Shown piece after piece: positions 48,828-58,275 of a stretch of 64,000 nucleotides of DNA. The notes under the pieces are model-generated. The model saw nothing but the letters and a program-made list of their open reading frames with translations. It was not told the DNA's origin and searched no databases. The stretch comes from an uncultured Elusimicrobia bacterium (GTDB lineage Bacteria; Elusimicrobiota; Endomicrobiia; DTEH01). Position numbers and translations under genes: made by a program. The stretch covers positions 38,874 through 102,873 of the forward strand of contig CAZDUB010000004.1 in assembly GCA_964508565.1 (NCBI GenBank). Reading direction: 5' to 3'. The first letter of the stretch is position 1, and each line of letters begins with the position of its first letter.

Positions 48828-50516
48828 ATGAACCCTTTGGGATTAAAAAATATTTTAATAATAACAAAGTTAGAAAAGTGTAAACTTTGCTCTCCTATTG
48901 CAGAACTGCTTTCAAAATATGGATATAAAGTTTTCTTATCTAATTGTAAAAAAGAAGAAATAAAAAAAGCTATTTTTGACCACTTGATAGAAATAATAAT
49001 TCTAATGCCAGCTGTAGAGCTTTCTTACAGGTTTCAAATCTGTGAATGGCTTTTTAAAAATTATCCCAATAAAGTTTATATTTCTTATACACCTTTTTCT
49101 TTACAAAAAGAGTTAGATATTATAAAATGTCCTTTATATCTAAAACATAAATGTAGAGCATCTTTTTTAATTTTTGATGTGTTTACTCAAAAAGAACTAC
49201 TTGTAAAAAGAATAGAATATTTAATACACCTTCAATATACAAACAAAATAGCCAACATTTCTTTTAAACTGTTAAATATGTTAGATGAAGCTGTAAAAAA
49301 TTTTGGAGTTTTGCCTCTGTTTAAAAAAGAAGTTTCAGTTTATTCTTCATATAATAGAATGGCTCAACAAGTAGAACAACTTATAAATTTTATCGGAGAA
49401 AAACTTGTTGATTTTATTTCAAAAAAATTTTTAGCAGACAAAATTTCACTTTTTATGTATGATGTAGTATCTAACAAATATGTGCTTGTTGCATCTAAAA
49501 ATTACAAAATTGAAGATAAAAACAAACCTTTATACATATCTGAAGAGTGGAAATTTGTTAACATGGCTATAAAAAATAAAAAAAATTTAATTCTGCAAGA
49601 TGGCGAGATGCGCTATCCTGTATTTAAAAAACTAAACTTTAAACCACAGCCAGATATAATTTCTTCATTAGTTATGCCAATTGTAGTTGGAGAAAATGTC
49701 CTTGGTGTTTTAAATGTGGCGAGGTTAAAAGAAGATAAAGAAAGATATACAAGTGTAGATTTATCATTGTTAGTATATTTAACAGGATGGATTGGATATA
49801 TTTATTCAATAATTATGAGCTTTAAGTTAAATATAGAATATAACAAACTCAAAGATGATTTTATTGCTATAATAAACCATGAACTAAGAACACCTCTTAT
49901 GGCTTTGTCTGCTTCGTTTGAACTTTTAGAAGGAAAAATTCCAAAAAACATTGAAGAAATAGTTAAAAGAAATATAAAAAGATTAACTTCAATGATAGAA
50001 GAGCTACTTGACTTTTCAAGAATTTTCAGAGGTAAATTAAAAGTTGTAAAAAAAGAAAATAGTATTTTAAAACTTATAAACGAGATTGTAGAAGAATATT
50101 CTCAACAGCTAAAAAACAAAGGTATAGAATTTATAGTTGACACAGATATAAAAACAGCAGAATTTAATTTTGATTATTATAGAATAAAGCAAGTGTTGAC
50201 AAACTTTATAAATAACTCCATAAAATTTTTCCCAGAAGATAGAGAAAATAAATACATAAAATTGTCAGTTAAAGAGAAAGAAAAAGTTTTTGAATTTTGT
50301 GTAGAAGACAATGGAAAAGGAATACCAAAGTCAGAACTTAAAAAAGTATTTTTACCTTTTGTTCAAGTTGGTGATGTGTCTGTTGACCACAAACAGGGCT
50401 TGGGTTTGGGACTGGCAATAGCAAAAGAAATTGCAAAACAACACAAAGGTAGAATTTTCTTAGAATCACAAGAAGGTAGCTGGACTAAGGCATGTCTTAT
50501 TCTTCCAAAAAAATAA
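48828..50516 (+). CDS. cytoplasmic sensor histidine kinase with GAF domain
   Basis: H-box IINHELRTPLMAL; HATPase_c G-boxes (GLGLGLAIAKEI); no TM helices; GAF-like middle region. Confidence 0.85.
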   Translation: MNPLGLKNILIITKLEKCKLCSPIAELLSKYGYKVFLSNCKKEEIKKAIFDHLIEIIILMPAVELSYRFQICEWLFKNYPNKVYISYTPFSLQKELDIIKCPLYLKHKCRASFLIFDVFTQKELLVKRIEYLIHLQYTNKIANISFKLLNMLDEAVKNFGVLPLFKKEVSVYSSYNRMAQQVEQLINFIGEKLVDFISKKFLADKISLFMYDVVSNKYVLVASKNYKIEDKNKPLYISEEWKFVNMAIKNKKNLILQDGEMRYPVFKKLNFKPQPDIISSLVMPIVVGENVLGVLNVARLKEDKERYTSVDLSLLVYLTGWIGYIYSIIMSFKLNIEYNKLKDDFIAIINHELRTPLMALSASFELLEGKIPKNIEEIVKRNIKRLTSMIEELLDFSRIFRGKLKVVKKENSILKLINEIVEEYSQQLKNKGIEFIVDTDIKTAEFNFDYYRIKQVLTNFINNSIKFFPEDRENKYIKLSVKEKEKVFEFCVEDNGKGIPKSELKKVFLPFVQVGDVSVDHKQGLGLGLAIAKEIAKQHKGRIFLESQEGSWTKACLILPKK

Positions 50517-50523
50517 CAATAAG

Positions 50524-50901
50524 GTGATACATATGAAAAAAATTCTTATAGTAGAAGACGATGAAGACCTTGTTGAAGTAGTAAAACTTCATCTTCAAGA
50601 ACATGGTTATGAGACCGACTACGCTTATGATGGAGAAGCAGCACTAAAAAAGATTCAACAATCACCACCGGATTTGATAATACTTGATGTGATGATGCCA
50701 AAACTCAATGGCCAACTTTTGGCACAACAGCTAAAATCAAATGAAAAAACAAAAAATATTCCAATAATAGCTATTTCAGGGAAAGTTGGTATAAAAGAAG
50801 TTTTCTTAGTTGACAAACAGTTAATAGTATCTGCATTTTTTTACAAGCCAGTGTTAATGTCTGAACTGTTAAAAGAAATTAAGAGATTGTTAAAAGAGTG
50901 A
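50524..50901 (+). CDS. single-domain response regulator (CheY-like receiver only)
   Basis: ILIVEDDED...DLIILDVMMP with conserved aspartate; 125 aa. Confidence 0.88.
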   Translation: MIHMKKILIVEDDEDLVEVVKLHLQEHGYETDYAYDGEAALKKIQQSPPDLIILDVMMPKLNGQLLAQQLKSNEKTKNIPIIAISGKVGIKEVFLVDKQLIVSAFFYKPVLMSELLKEIKRLLKE

Positions 50902-50904
50902 TGT

Positions 50905-51978
50905 ATGCTATGTCTTTTAGTGTTAGTTTTTTTAATAATAAATGTTTATCCAGCAGTTTTTAATCAACAAGAAAGTGGCTATTATTTAGAAAACTTTTTT
51001 TCACTACCTCAACAGACAAAATACCAAGGTCTTGGATATGTAAACAACTCTTTGGTAAATATTAACTCTTTATCAGCTGTAAATCCTGCTTTAGTATGTG
51101 ATGTTTACTATAAAGAACTTAATGTTTTTTATCAACCTATAGTTTTTGGTAGCAATTTTTTTGGTTTAAATTTCACAACAGCATTAAATACTAAAAATTT
51201 TTTTATGCCAATATCTTTTTCTCTATTGAACCTCGCTACAGCAGAAGCTGAAAGAATAAGTTTACTAAAGGAAAGCTACGGTTATAGTTTTAACGAAAAT
51301 GTGATTTATTCTAATTTAACTTTTAGCTATTATTTTAAAAGAATATCTTTAAACATGGGGGTAAACTTTAAAAGTTTCTTTCAAAAGATTGATGAGTATT
51401 ACAATAATGGAGTAAATATGGATTTAGGTGTAATTTATCCAAAAGAAGGTTATGACTTTTTTTGGGGAATAAGTTGGCTAAACATAATACCTGCAAAATA
51501 TAACAAAGAAACCTTACCTTCAATAATAAGAACTTCTTTAAACCAAAATGTAGGAAGATTATTCTTTTCAGATGTAAAAATTTCCACAGAGTTAGATTTT
51601 TATAATATTTATGACATAGAAAAAACCACAATAAGATGGGGAATTGGTTGTTGTTATGATTTTTTTACTCTGCCGGTTAGCGTAAGTTTGTCTTTAAGCT
51701 ACTATGGAGCATGTTTTGGAATTGACTTTTCAAAAGAAAATTATAATTTTTCATATGGTTTCAACTTTAATGATTTAGGCGTTTCACATAGGTTTGCATT
51801 AAGTTATAAGTTTGATTTTTACCCAGAAGAAGTTAAAAAAATTGTTGAAGAAGAAACAAAAAAAATAGAGCTCTACAAACAACAGATACTGACACAAAAA
51901 GCTGAGAAAGAAAAAGAAATAAAAAAAATTAACAAAAATATACGAAACACAACAGAAAGTAACCTCAAATATACTTAA
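50905..51978 (+). CDS. hypothetical exported beta-rich (outer-membrane-like) protein with C-terminal coiled-coil; possibly the frameshifted N-terminal part of a longer protein
   Basis: Signal peptide; Tyr/Phe/Asn/Ser-rich alternating pattern; reading frame can be joined to the downstream TPR ORF through an A8 tract. Confidence 0.5.
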   Translation: MLCLLVLVFLIINVYPAVFNQQESGYYLENFFSLPQQTKYQGLGYVNNSLVNINSLSAVNPALVCDVYYKELNVFYQPIVFGSNFFGLNFTTALNTKNFFMPISFSLLNLATAEAERISLLKESYGYSFNENVIYSNLTFSYYFKRISLNMGVNFKSFFQKIDEYYNNGVNMDLGVIYPKEGYDFFWGISWLNIIPAKYNKETLPSIIRTSLNQNVGRLFFSDVKISTELDFYNIYDIEKTTIRWGIGCCYDFFTLPVSVSLSLSYYGACFGIDFSKENYNFSYGFNFNDLGVSHRFALSYKFDFYPEEVKKIVEEETKKIELYKQQILTQKAEKEKEIKKINKNIRNTTESNLKYT

Positions 51979-52069
51979 AGCCAAAACCTTAATATCAGAA
52001 AAAAATTATAAGGAAGCAAAAAAAATACTTGAAGATACAATAAAACTTGACCCAGAAAATATAGAAGTA

Positions 52070-52387
52070 GTGGGATTGTTGAATATAGTTAATTCATATC
52101 TTAGCAAAGAGTCAACCAAATTGTTATACTCTGAAGCTACAAAGTTGTACCAAGAAGGCAACTACGATTTAGCAAAACAAAAACTTTCAAAACTTCTTGA
52201 ATTAGAACCTGAGAATAAAAAAGCTTTTATTCTTTTAAAATTAACAACAACTCAAAAGTTGATATTAGAGAAAAAATATAAAGAAGCAAAATCTGAACTT
52301 TTTGAAGCGATAAAAGTTGAACCAGAAAATGAAGAAGTTTTAGAACTTTTGAAAAAAATAGATACTCTTCTTGAGTTAAACGAATAA
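52070..52387 (+). CDS. TPR-repeat segment; lacks its own canonical start except GTG; likely C-terminal part of the upstream gene
   Basis: Three TPR-like repeats; the same frame stays open upstream to 51923 and there encodes a further TPR half-repeat with no start codon. Confidence 0.5.
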   Translation: MGLLNIVNSYLSKESTKLLYSEATKLYQEGNYDLAKQKLSKLLELEPENKKAFILLKLTTTQKLILEKKYKEAKSELFEAIKVEPENEEVLELLKKIDTLLELNE

Positions 52388-52421
52388 AAGTAGATTTTAC
52401 AAGCAACTAAAAGGAGTTTTT

Positions 52422-53705
52422 ATGGTAAAAGAATTTTTTGTTTATTTTTTTATATATCTGCTTGCTATACAGATATTTCCTCAATCACAACAAGATACAG
52501 AAGTTTTATACAATGCAGCCATAGAAAAGTATATAAAAAACGACTATGAAAAAGCAGTTGAATACATGGAGAAACTTTATTTAGTATCTCCGCAAGAAAA
52601 ATATAAAAACTTCTTAGTTAAAATTCTATATGAAGCAGCAAACAAGTCATACCTTGCCCACGAATACAAAAAGGCATACGATTATACGACCAAAGCACTA
52701 AAATATACACAAGACAACGAAAAAATAAATCAACTTCATAACATACTTTCTGATATTTTAGAAAAAGAAAAACTGCACACAGAAAAAAAACAAGAAACAG
52801 CAAAAAAAACACAACAAGAAATCTCACAACCTCAAACTGTAAAGAAACAAAAACTTATAAGCCCCCCTAAACCACAACAAAAAATGGAAGAAGAACCTCA
52901 AGCTCAGATAACTGTTTATTACGAAGATAAAAAATTTAAAATTTTGTTCTATATAACACTTACAATTTTAATTTTTGTTTCTGTAATTTATACAATAACT
53001 CAAATAAAACTTAGTCATAAAATAAAAAACCAGCTACAAAAACAAATCTTTGAACTCCAAAAAGAAAACTCAGACCTGAAAATACAACTTTTTGAGACAA
53101 AAACAGAACTTGAAAAAACAAAAGAAAGAGAACAAATGTACAAAAAATACTTAGAAGAATATAAAAAAGATACACAAGAAAATCTTCAAATTATAACACA
53201 ACTACAAAACCAGATTTCAAATTTGTCAAAAGAGAAAACTCCAAAAGTTGAAACACCGACTCCCAAAGTTAATCCTGTTAGTCAAGTTTCTTTTCAACAA
53301 CAAGAGTTGGAAAAGTTTATAAAAACCCAACCCTCAACTGCAGCAGAGTCAGAATACGAACTTGAAACTTATAGAGAAAAACTTGCAAATATGTATAAAG
53401 TTTTATATGAAATAAATCCGCAAAAAGCCTTGAGTATAATAAATGAAATGGTAAATTCTCAAAACTCTTTTGTTAGAATGAATATTGTAGCTGCTCTTGC
53501 AGAAATTGCTACAAATGAGACAGTTTATTTTTTAATGAAACTCTACAATGATTCTGATATTAAAGTAAAAAGAGAAGTATTAAGACAACTTGCAGAATTA
53601 AAACAGAAAATTCAAAATAACGAAGTTTATTTATCTGAAGAACTTAAAGAAAAAATAATTACAATAGTAAAACAAGAAAAACTAAAGGGCGAGTGGCTCT
53701 TTTAG
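52422..53705 (+). CDS. hypothetical membrane protein with N-terminal TPR-like region, central TM helix, coiled-coil and C-terminal HEAT (PBS-lyase-like) repeats
   Basis: Signal/anchor; TM helix ILFYITLTILIFVSVIYTI; NSFVRMNIVAALAEIA...VKREVLRQLAEL HEAT-like repeats. Confidence 0.55.
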   Translation: MVKEFFVYFFIYLLAIQIFPQSQQDTEVLYNAAIEKYIKNDYEKAVEYMEKLYLVSPQEKYKNFLVKILYEAANKSYLAHEYKKAYDYTTKALKYTQDNEKINQLHNILSDILEKEKLHTEKKQETAKKTQQEISQPQTVKKQKLISPPKPQQKMEEEPQAQITVYYEDKKFKILFYITLTILIFVSVIYTITQIKLSHKIKNQLQKQIFELQKENSDLKIQLFETKTELEKTKEREQMYKKYLEEYKKDTQENLQIITQLQNQISNLSKEKTPKVETPTPKVNPVSQVSFQQQELEKFIKTQPSTAAESEYELETYREKLANMYKVLYEINPQKALSIINEMVNSQNSFVRMNIVAALAEIATNETVYFLMKLYNDSDIKVKREVLRQLAELKQKIQNNEVYLSEELKEKIITIVKQEKLKGEWLF

Positions 53706-53732
53706 TTCACTTTCCAAACCCGCATTGGAAAG

Positions 53733-55028
53733 TTGGTTGAAAAAACAATGAGTTTTGATTATTTTATTCTGACAATTTTTATTTTAGCGTATTTTTGTTT
53801 TGTAGTTTTGCCGTCAAAAAGGGTAGTTGTTGCGTTTCTTTCTTCATTAGTATTAAGTATTATTTTATATCAAGTTTATAATAAGAATGCTTTAGTACTT
53901 ATTAATTGGGATATTATAAACATATTTATTGGGACACTACTTGTTTCAAACTTAATTGTTGAAAGTGGCGTTGCTGAATATGTTGCAGAAAAAGTTATAG
54001 TTAAAGTTAAAAATGTAACTTTCATAATACTTTTACTTTGTGCAATTACAGGTTTTTTGTCTATGTTTTTAGAAAATGTTGCAACATTGTTGATAGTTGC
54101 TCCTATTGCATTTCAAATTTCAAAAAAATTAAACATAACTCCAACAAAATTTCTTTTTGCATTAGCAATTTCAAGCAATCTTCAAGGTTCAGCTACACTT
54201 ATTGGTGACCCACCAAGTATGCTTTTGGCTGCTGCTACAAATATGAATTTTCTTGATTTCTTTTTTTATAAAGGTAAACCTTCTATATTTTTTGCTATTG
54301 AGTTAGGAGCTTTAGCCTCTTTTTTAGTTTTGTATTTTATATTTAAAAAAGAAAAACAAAATATAGAATTTGTATTTACTGCAAAAGTAAAGTCGTACTT
54401 ACCAGTGTATTTGCTTTGTTTTAAAATTTTAACTTTGATGATTCTTTCTATCTTTATTTCACATAATTCAAACTTTTTAAGAGTGGCTGGGTTTGTGTGT
54501 GTATTTAGTGGTGTTGTTGCTTTGTTAATAAAAAAATTTGTGTTAAAAACGAGTATGTTGGATGGTATAAAAGCTCTGGATTGGGAGACAGCTATATTTC
54601 TTTGTAGTATTTTTATTTTGGTATCAAGTATAGAGATTTCTGGTTGGATTGAGAAGTTGGGGGAATTTTTAGTAATTATTATGGGGAAAAACAAGTTTTT
54701 AATATATAGCATATTTGTACTTTTTTCAATTATAGTTTCTGGGTTTGTAGATAATGTGCCATTTTTTGCTACAATGATACCTGTAGCAAAGGCAGTATCA
54801 GTTAATAGTGGAATAAGTTTGGAGTTACTTTTGTTTGGTTTGCTTATTGGTACAACTTTAGGTGGCAATATTACACCTGTGGGAGCTTCTGCTAACATAG
54901 TTGCATGGGGACTTCTAAAAAAACAAAATTACAATACTAACTTTGTGGATTTTTTGAAAATAGGACTGCCTTTTACTTTTGCCGCTGTAGTCCCAACTTA
55001 CTTTTTTATTTGGTTTATATGGCGGTAG
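53733..55028 (+). CDS. ArsB/NhaD-family ion transporter permease
   Basis: About 12 TM helices; ArsB/NhaD-like motifs (GDPPSMLLAA; ITPVGASANI). Confidence 0.7.
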   Translation: MVEKTMSFDYFILTIFILAYFCFVVLPSKRVVVAFLSSLVLSIILYQVYNKNALVLINWDIINIFIGTLLVSNLIVESGVAEYVAEKVIVKVKNVTFIILLLCAITGFLSMFLENVATLLIVAPIAFQISKKLNITPTKFLFALAISSNLQGSATLIGDPPSMLLAAATNMNFLDFFFYKGKPSIFFAIELGALASFLVLYFIFKKEKQNIEFVFTAKVKSYLPVYLLCFKILTLMILSIFISHNSNFLRVAGFVCVFSGVVALLIKKFVLKTSMLDGIKALDWETAIFLCSIFILVSSIEISGWIEKLGEFLVIIMGKNKFLIYSIFVLFSIIVSGFVDNVPFFATMIPVAKAVSVNSGISLELLLFGLLIGTTLGGNITPVGASANIVAWGLLKKQNYNTNFVDFLKIGLPFTFAAVVPTYFFIWFIWR

Positions 55029-55060
55029 GATAATTAAAAAATATTAAGAAGGTATAATTT

Positions 55061-55852
55061 ATGAGAAAATTTTTGTGTTATTTTGTTTTAATTCAGTTAA
55101 CTTCTTTATGTTTTGCAGAAACTCTAAGTTTTTTTGTTGAAGGTAGTTATTGTCAAATTGCTATGGAGGATGTAAACGAGAGATTAGAAGAAATAAGGCA
55201 AAATTCTTTTGATACTTTTATCAATCTCATTAAACAATTAGGTGGTTCTGGTAGTTCATCCATTAGTAAGTTTAAAGATGGAACATCTTTCAGTGGAGGA
55301 GCTTTATATAGTTTAAATGAAAAAATGAAAGCAGCAGCTAAAATAAGCTATTTTTCAAGTAATCCAGCACAGATAAAAGGTGATGCGTCTGTTAGTATAT
55401 TTAATCAAGTAGCAGAATATCATGGGAAGTTTAATTCTTTTGTTGATTTTACATCAGTTATGTTAGGGTATGAATATATAGTGCCACAACTAAAATTGGG
55501 TTTAGGAGTTGGAATTTATTTAGGTTATGCGTGGGCAAACTTTGAGGCAAAGTATAGCTACGAAACAATAGGTCCTAATCAGCAACAGTCAGGTGGTTGG
55601 AAACTGCCTGCTTGTGGTGAAAACTTTATTGGTGAAGGAAATCTTATTATTAATTATAATTACTCATCAACATTAAATTTTTTTGTAAAGTTGGGTTATA
55701 GATATGCTATAATTCCAGAGATGAAAGCAAAAGAAGATGTATCAGAGATAAATGTAAAAAAAGGAGATACTGTTAAAGACGAAAACGACGAAACAATTAA
55801 GTTTGATATGTCTGGGATGTTTTTTTCAGTTGGGATGAGTTTTAAATTATAA
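55061..55852 (+). CDS. hypothetical secreted / outer-membrane-like protein
   Basis: Signal peptide; Gly/Tyr-rich beta-strand pattern. Confidence 0.5.
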   Translation: MRKFLCYFVLIQLTSLCFAETLSFFVEGSYCQIAMEDVNERLEEIRQNSFDTFINLIKQLGGSGSSSISKFKDGTSFSGGALYSLNEKMKAAAKISYFSSNPAQIKGDASVSIFNQVAEYHGKFNSFVDFTSVMLGYEYIVPQLKLGLGVGIYLGYAWANFEAKYSYETIGPNQQQSGGWKLPACGENFIGEGNLIINYNYSSTLNFFVKLGYRYAIIPEMKAKEDVSEINVKKGDTVKDENDETIKFDMSGMFFSVGMSFKL

Positions 55853-55904
55853 ATAGTTGTTGAAAAATTTTTCAAAATTTGTTAAATAGAAATTAACTTT
55901 AAAT

Positions 55905-55979
55905 GGCGGTGTAGCTCAGTTGGTCCAGAGCAGCGGAATCATAATCCGCGTGTCGGGGGTTCAAGTCCCTCCACCGCCA
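55905..55979 (+). tRNA. tRNA-Met, elongator type (anticodon CAT; tRNA-Ile2 not excluded)
   Basis: GGCGGTGTAGCTCAG...; anticodon loop ATCATAA; G1-C72 paired (not initiator-like); CCA not encoded. Confidence 0.8.
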
Positions 55980-55981
55980 GT

Positions 55982-57139
55982 TTATAGATTTTCGCTTTCC
56001 AAACACATTCCAACATAAAATTTTACTGTCTTTAATATATTACTGACTTTTATATATTCGTTATTTTTATGTGCTAAAAAAGGATTCCCAGGTCCAAAAC
56101 CAATTGTTGGGATTTTGTGTTCAACCATTGTAACAGAGCCGTTAGTGCAAAATAGCCAAGTTGTTAATTTTGGAGGAGTATTAAAAAAATTTTTGTAAAC
56201 TTTTGTAGCTGTTTGGATTAGTTTATGATTTTTGTCTAAAATCCACGCAGCAAGAAATTTATGTTGTGGTTGTAGACTAAATTCTTTGTCTTTTAGGCCA
56301 CTTAATAAAAAGTCTTTGATTGTCTGTTCGGTTTCTCCTAAGACACTTCGGTAGTCAATATATACAGAGCATTCGTGGGGGATAGTATTTAAAGAAACTG
56401 TTTTTGAAGAGATATATGTGACCTCACATGTAGGCTCTCCTAATTCAGAGTTTTGATAGTTTTTATTTCTTTCAAAAATAATCCTTTTTATTAAAGAATA
56501 AGATTCATATATTGCATTTTTCCCTAAATGGGGGGTAGAAGAATGTGCCGACTTTCCAAAGAAGGTAATTTTTAGACTCCATTTACCTTTATGTCCATAA
56601 ACAACTTCTAAGTTGGATGGTTCACATATTATACATGTAGATGGCTGGATGTATTTTAATATAGTTTCTATACCTTTGCCAGATGAATCTTCTTCATTTG
56701 CAGAGAAAGAAAAAGCAACAGGAGTTGACTCATAAGAAATTTCCTTAAGAAACAACAAAGTAAAAATTAACGCACAGACAGAACCTTTGTCATCACAACT
56801 CCCTCTGCCGTATACTTTGTCTGCTTTGATTTCTCCTTTAAATGGAGGATACTTCCAGCCAAAAGTAGACTCAGCAGGGACTGTGTCTAAGTGTGCGTCA
56901 AAAAGAATTTTAGGTTTCTTAAAGTTTAAATTTTTGTTTCCAGCAACTACTAATATGTTGTTGTTTAATGTTTTTATAAGAAAGTTTTTTTTGTCTAATT
57001 TTTTTGAAAGATAATTTAAAATAAATTTAACAATGTCTTTTTCTTGGTTTGAATAACTTTTAATTTTTATCAAATTTGATAGAAGTAGTTTTACATTCTG
57101 CCTATTTTTATTTAAAAAATTTGTTAGTTCCTTTTTCAT
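55982..57139 (-). CDS. M20-family metallopeptidase (ArgE/DapE-like deacylase)
   Basis: HLDTVP metal-ligand motif; GRGSCDDKG; 385 aa. Confidence 0.8.
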   Translation of the reverse strand: MKKELTNFLNKNRQNVKLLLSNLIKIKSYSNQEKDIVKFILNYLSKKLDKKNFLIKTLNNNILVVAGNKNLNFKKPKILFDAHLDTVPAESTFGWKYPPFKGEIKADKVYGRGSCDDKGSVCALIFTLLFLKEISYESTPVAFSFSANEEDSSGKGIETILKYIQPSTCIICEPSNLEVVYGHKGKWSLKITFFGKSAHSSTPHLGKNAIYESYSLIKRIIFERNKNYQNSELGEPTCEVTYISSKTVSLNTIPHECSVYIDYRSVLGETEQTIKDFLLSGLKDKEFSLQPQHKFLAAWILDKNHKLIQTATKVYKNFFNTPPKLTTWLFCTNGSVTMVEHKIPTIGFGPGNPFLAHKNNEYIKVSNILKTVKFYVGMCLESENL

Positions 57140-57199
57140 ATAAAGATAAATATAATTTTAGTTTACAAAATTCAACTTTAATTTTTCATTTCGGCTAAT

Positions 57200-57796
57200 T
57201 TGTTGAATTTGAAATTCATATATAGTATATTCAAAATGATGAAAATTGTATTGGAATTATTACAAAAAGACCTAATTACTGCAGTTGCTTTAGGAATTGC
57301 TTTTTTGTCTTTTGTATTAATATTAGTGTTGTCTTATTTATATAAGAAAATAAGAGAACAAGAAATAATTGAGGAAGTTGTAAAATCTACTCCGAAAAAA
57401 GAACAAAAAGATATTAAAAAACCTGATGATGAAGAAATGTCCAACAATATATCAACTTCTTTGCCACGGCCATCTTTAGAAAAGTTTACTTCACAAGATG
57501 CTGAGATAATAATTGCTCAACTTAAAGAACTTTCTTCTCAAATTTCGTCTTTTAACAATTATATTCAAGAATTATCAAACACAGTTAATTCTTTAAAAAA
57601 TTTACAAGGATTAAGCAATGGTGCTGATAGTAACTTAGAGACTATTTTAGTTAAGTTTGTTAACACACTGCAAGAATTGGATAAAAATATAAATTATATA
57701 AAACAAACAAATCAAAATTATAACGATGCAATCTCAGAGATTAACAAAAAATTAGATAACTTATTAAAGATACTTTCCACAATACTTCAACAATGA
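57200..57796 (+). CDS. hypothetical membrane-anchored coiled-coil protein
   Basis: One TM helix then a long heptad-like region; 198 aa. Confidence 0.5.
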   Translation: MLNLKFIYSIFKMMKIVLELLQKDLITAVALGIAFLSFVLILVLSYLYKKIREQEIIEEVVKSTPKKEQKDIKKPDDEEMSNNISTSLPRPSLEKFTSQDAEIIIAQLKELSSQISSFNNYIQELSNTVNSLKNLQGLSNGADSNLETILVKFVNTLQELDKNINYIKQTNQNYNDAISEINKKLDNLLKILSTILQQ

Positions 57797-58275
57797 AACA
57801 TAATATTATCAAATTTTTAGTAGTGCTAAATACAATAATTTTTATGATTTCTTTAATAGTTGTTTATACGAGATATTCGTATTTAACTCAACAAAAAATA
57901 TCAGTTGGGATTGAAGAACAACAGCTTTTAAAAACTTCTTCTTCAACTCAATCTTTCCCAGAACAAGAGAACTTTTCTGTTGATACATCAACTATTGAAA
58001 AAAAAGTTCCTTCCGAAATAAAAATTAGAAAGCCAAAATTTGTGTATTTTTCTTCAAAAGCAAAAAAGGTTGCGTTGATTGGAAGTTTCAATAATTGGAT
58101 ACCACAAGAGATGAAAAAAACTAGCAATAACAGATGGGAGATAACAGTTGAAATTCCTGAAGGTACATATTTATATAATTTTTTAGTAGATGGCAAAATT
58201 GTTTTAGATCCTAATAATAAAAATATAGCTGCTTCTTCTAAAGGATATAAAAGTTCTGTTCTTGAACTAAAATGA
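57793..58275 (+). CDS. membrane-anchored protein with CBM48/AMPK-beta glycogen-binding-like (E-set) domain
   Basis: N-terminal TM helix; KFVYFSSKAKKVALIGSFNNW...RWEITVEIPEGTYLYNFLVDGKIVLDPNN matches the CBM48 pattern; ATGA overlap with the upstream gene. Confidence 0.6.
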   Translation: MKHNIIKFLVVLNTIIFMISLIVVYTRYSYLTQQKISVGIEEQQLLKTSSSTQSFPEQENFSVDTSTIEKKVPSEIKIRKPKFVYFSSKAKKVALIGSFNNWIPQEMKKTSNNRWEITVEIPEGTYLYNFLVDGKIVLDPNNKNIAASSKGYKSSVLELK

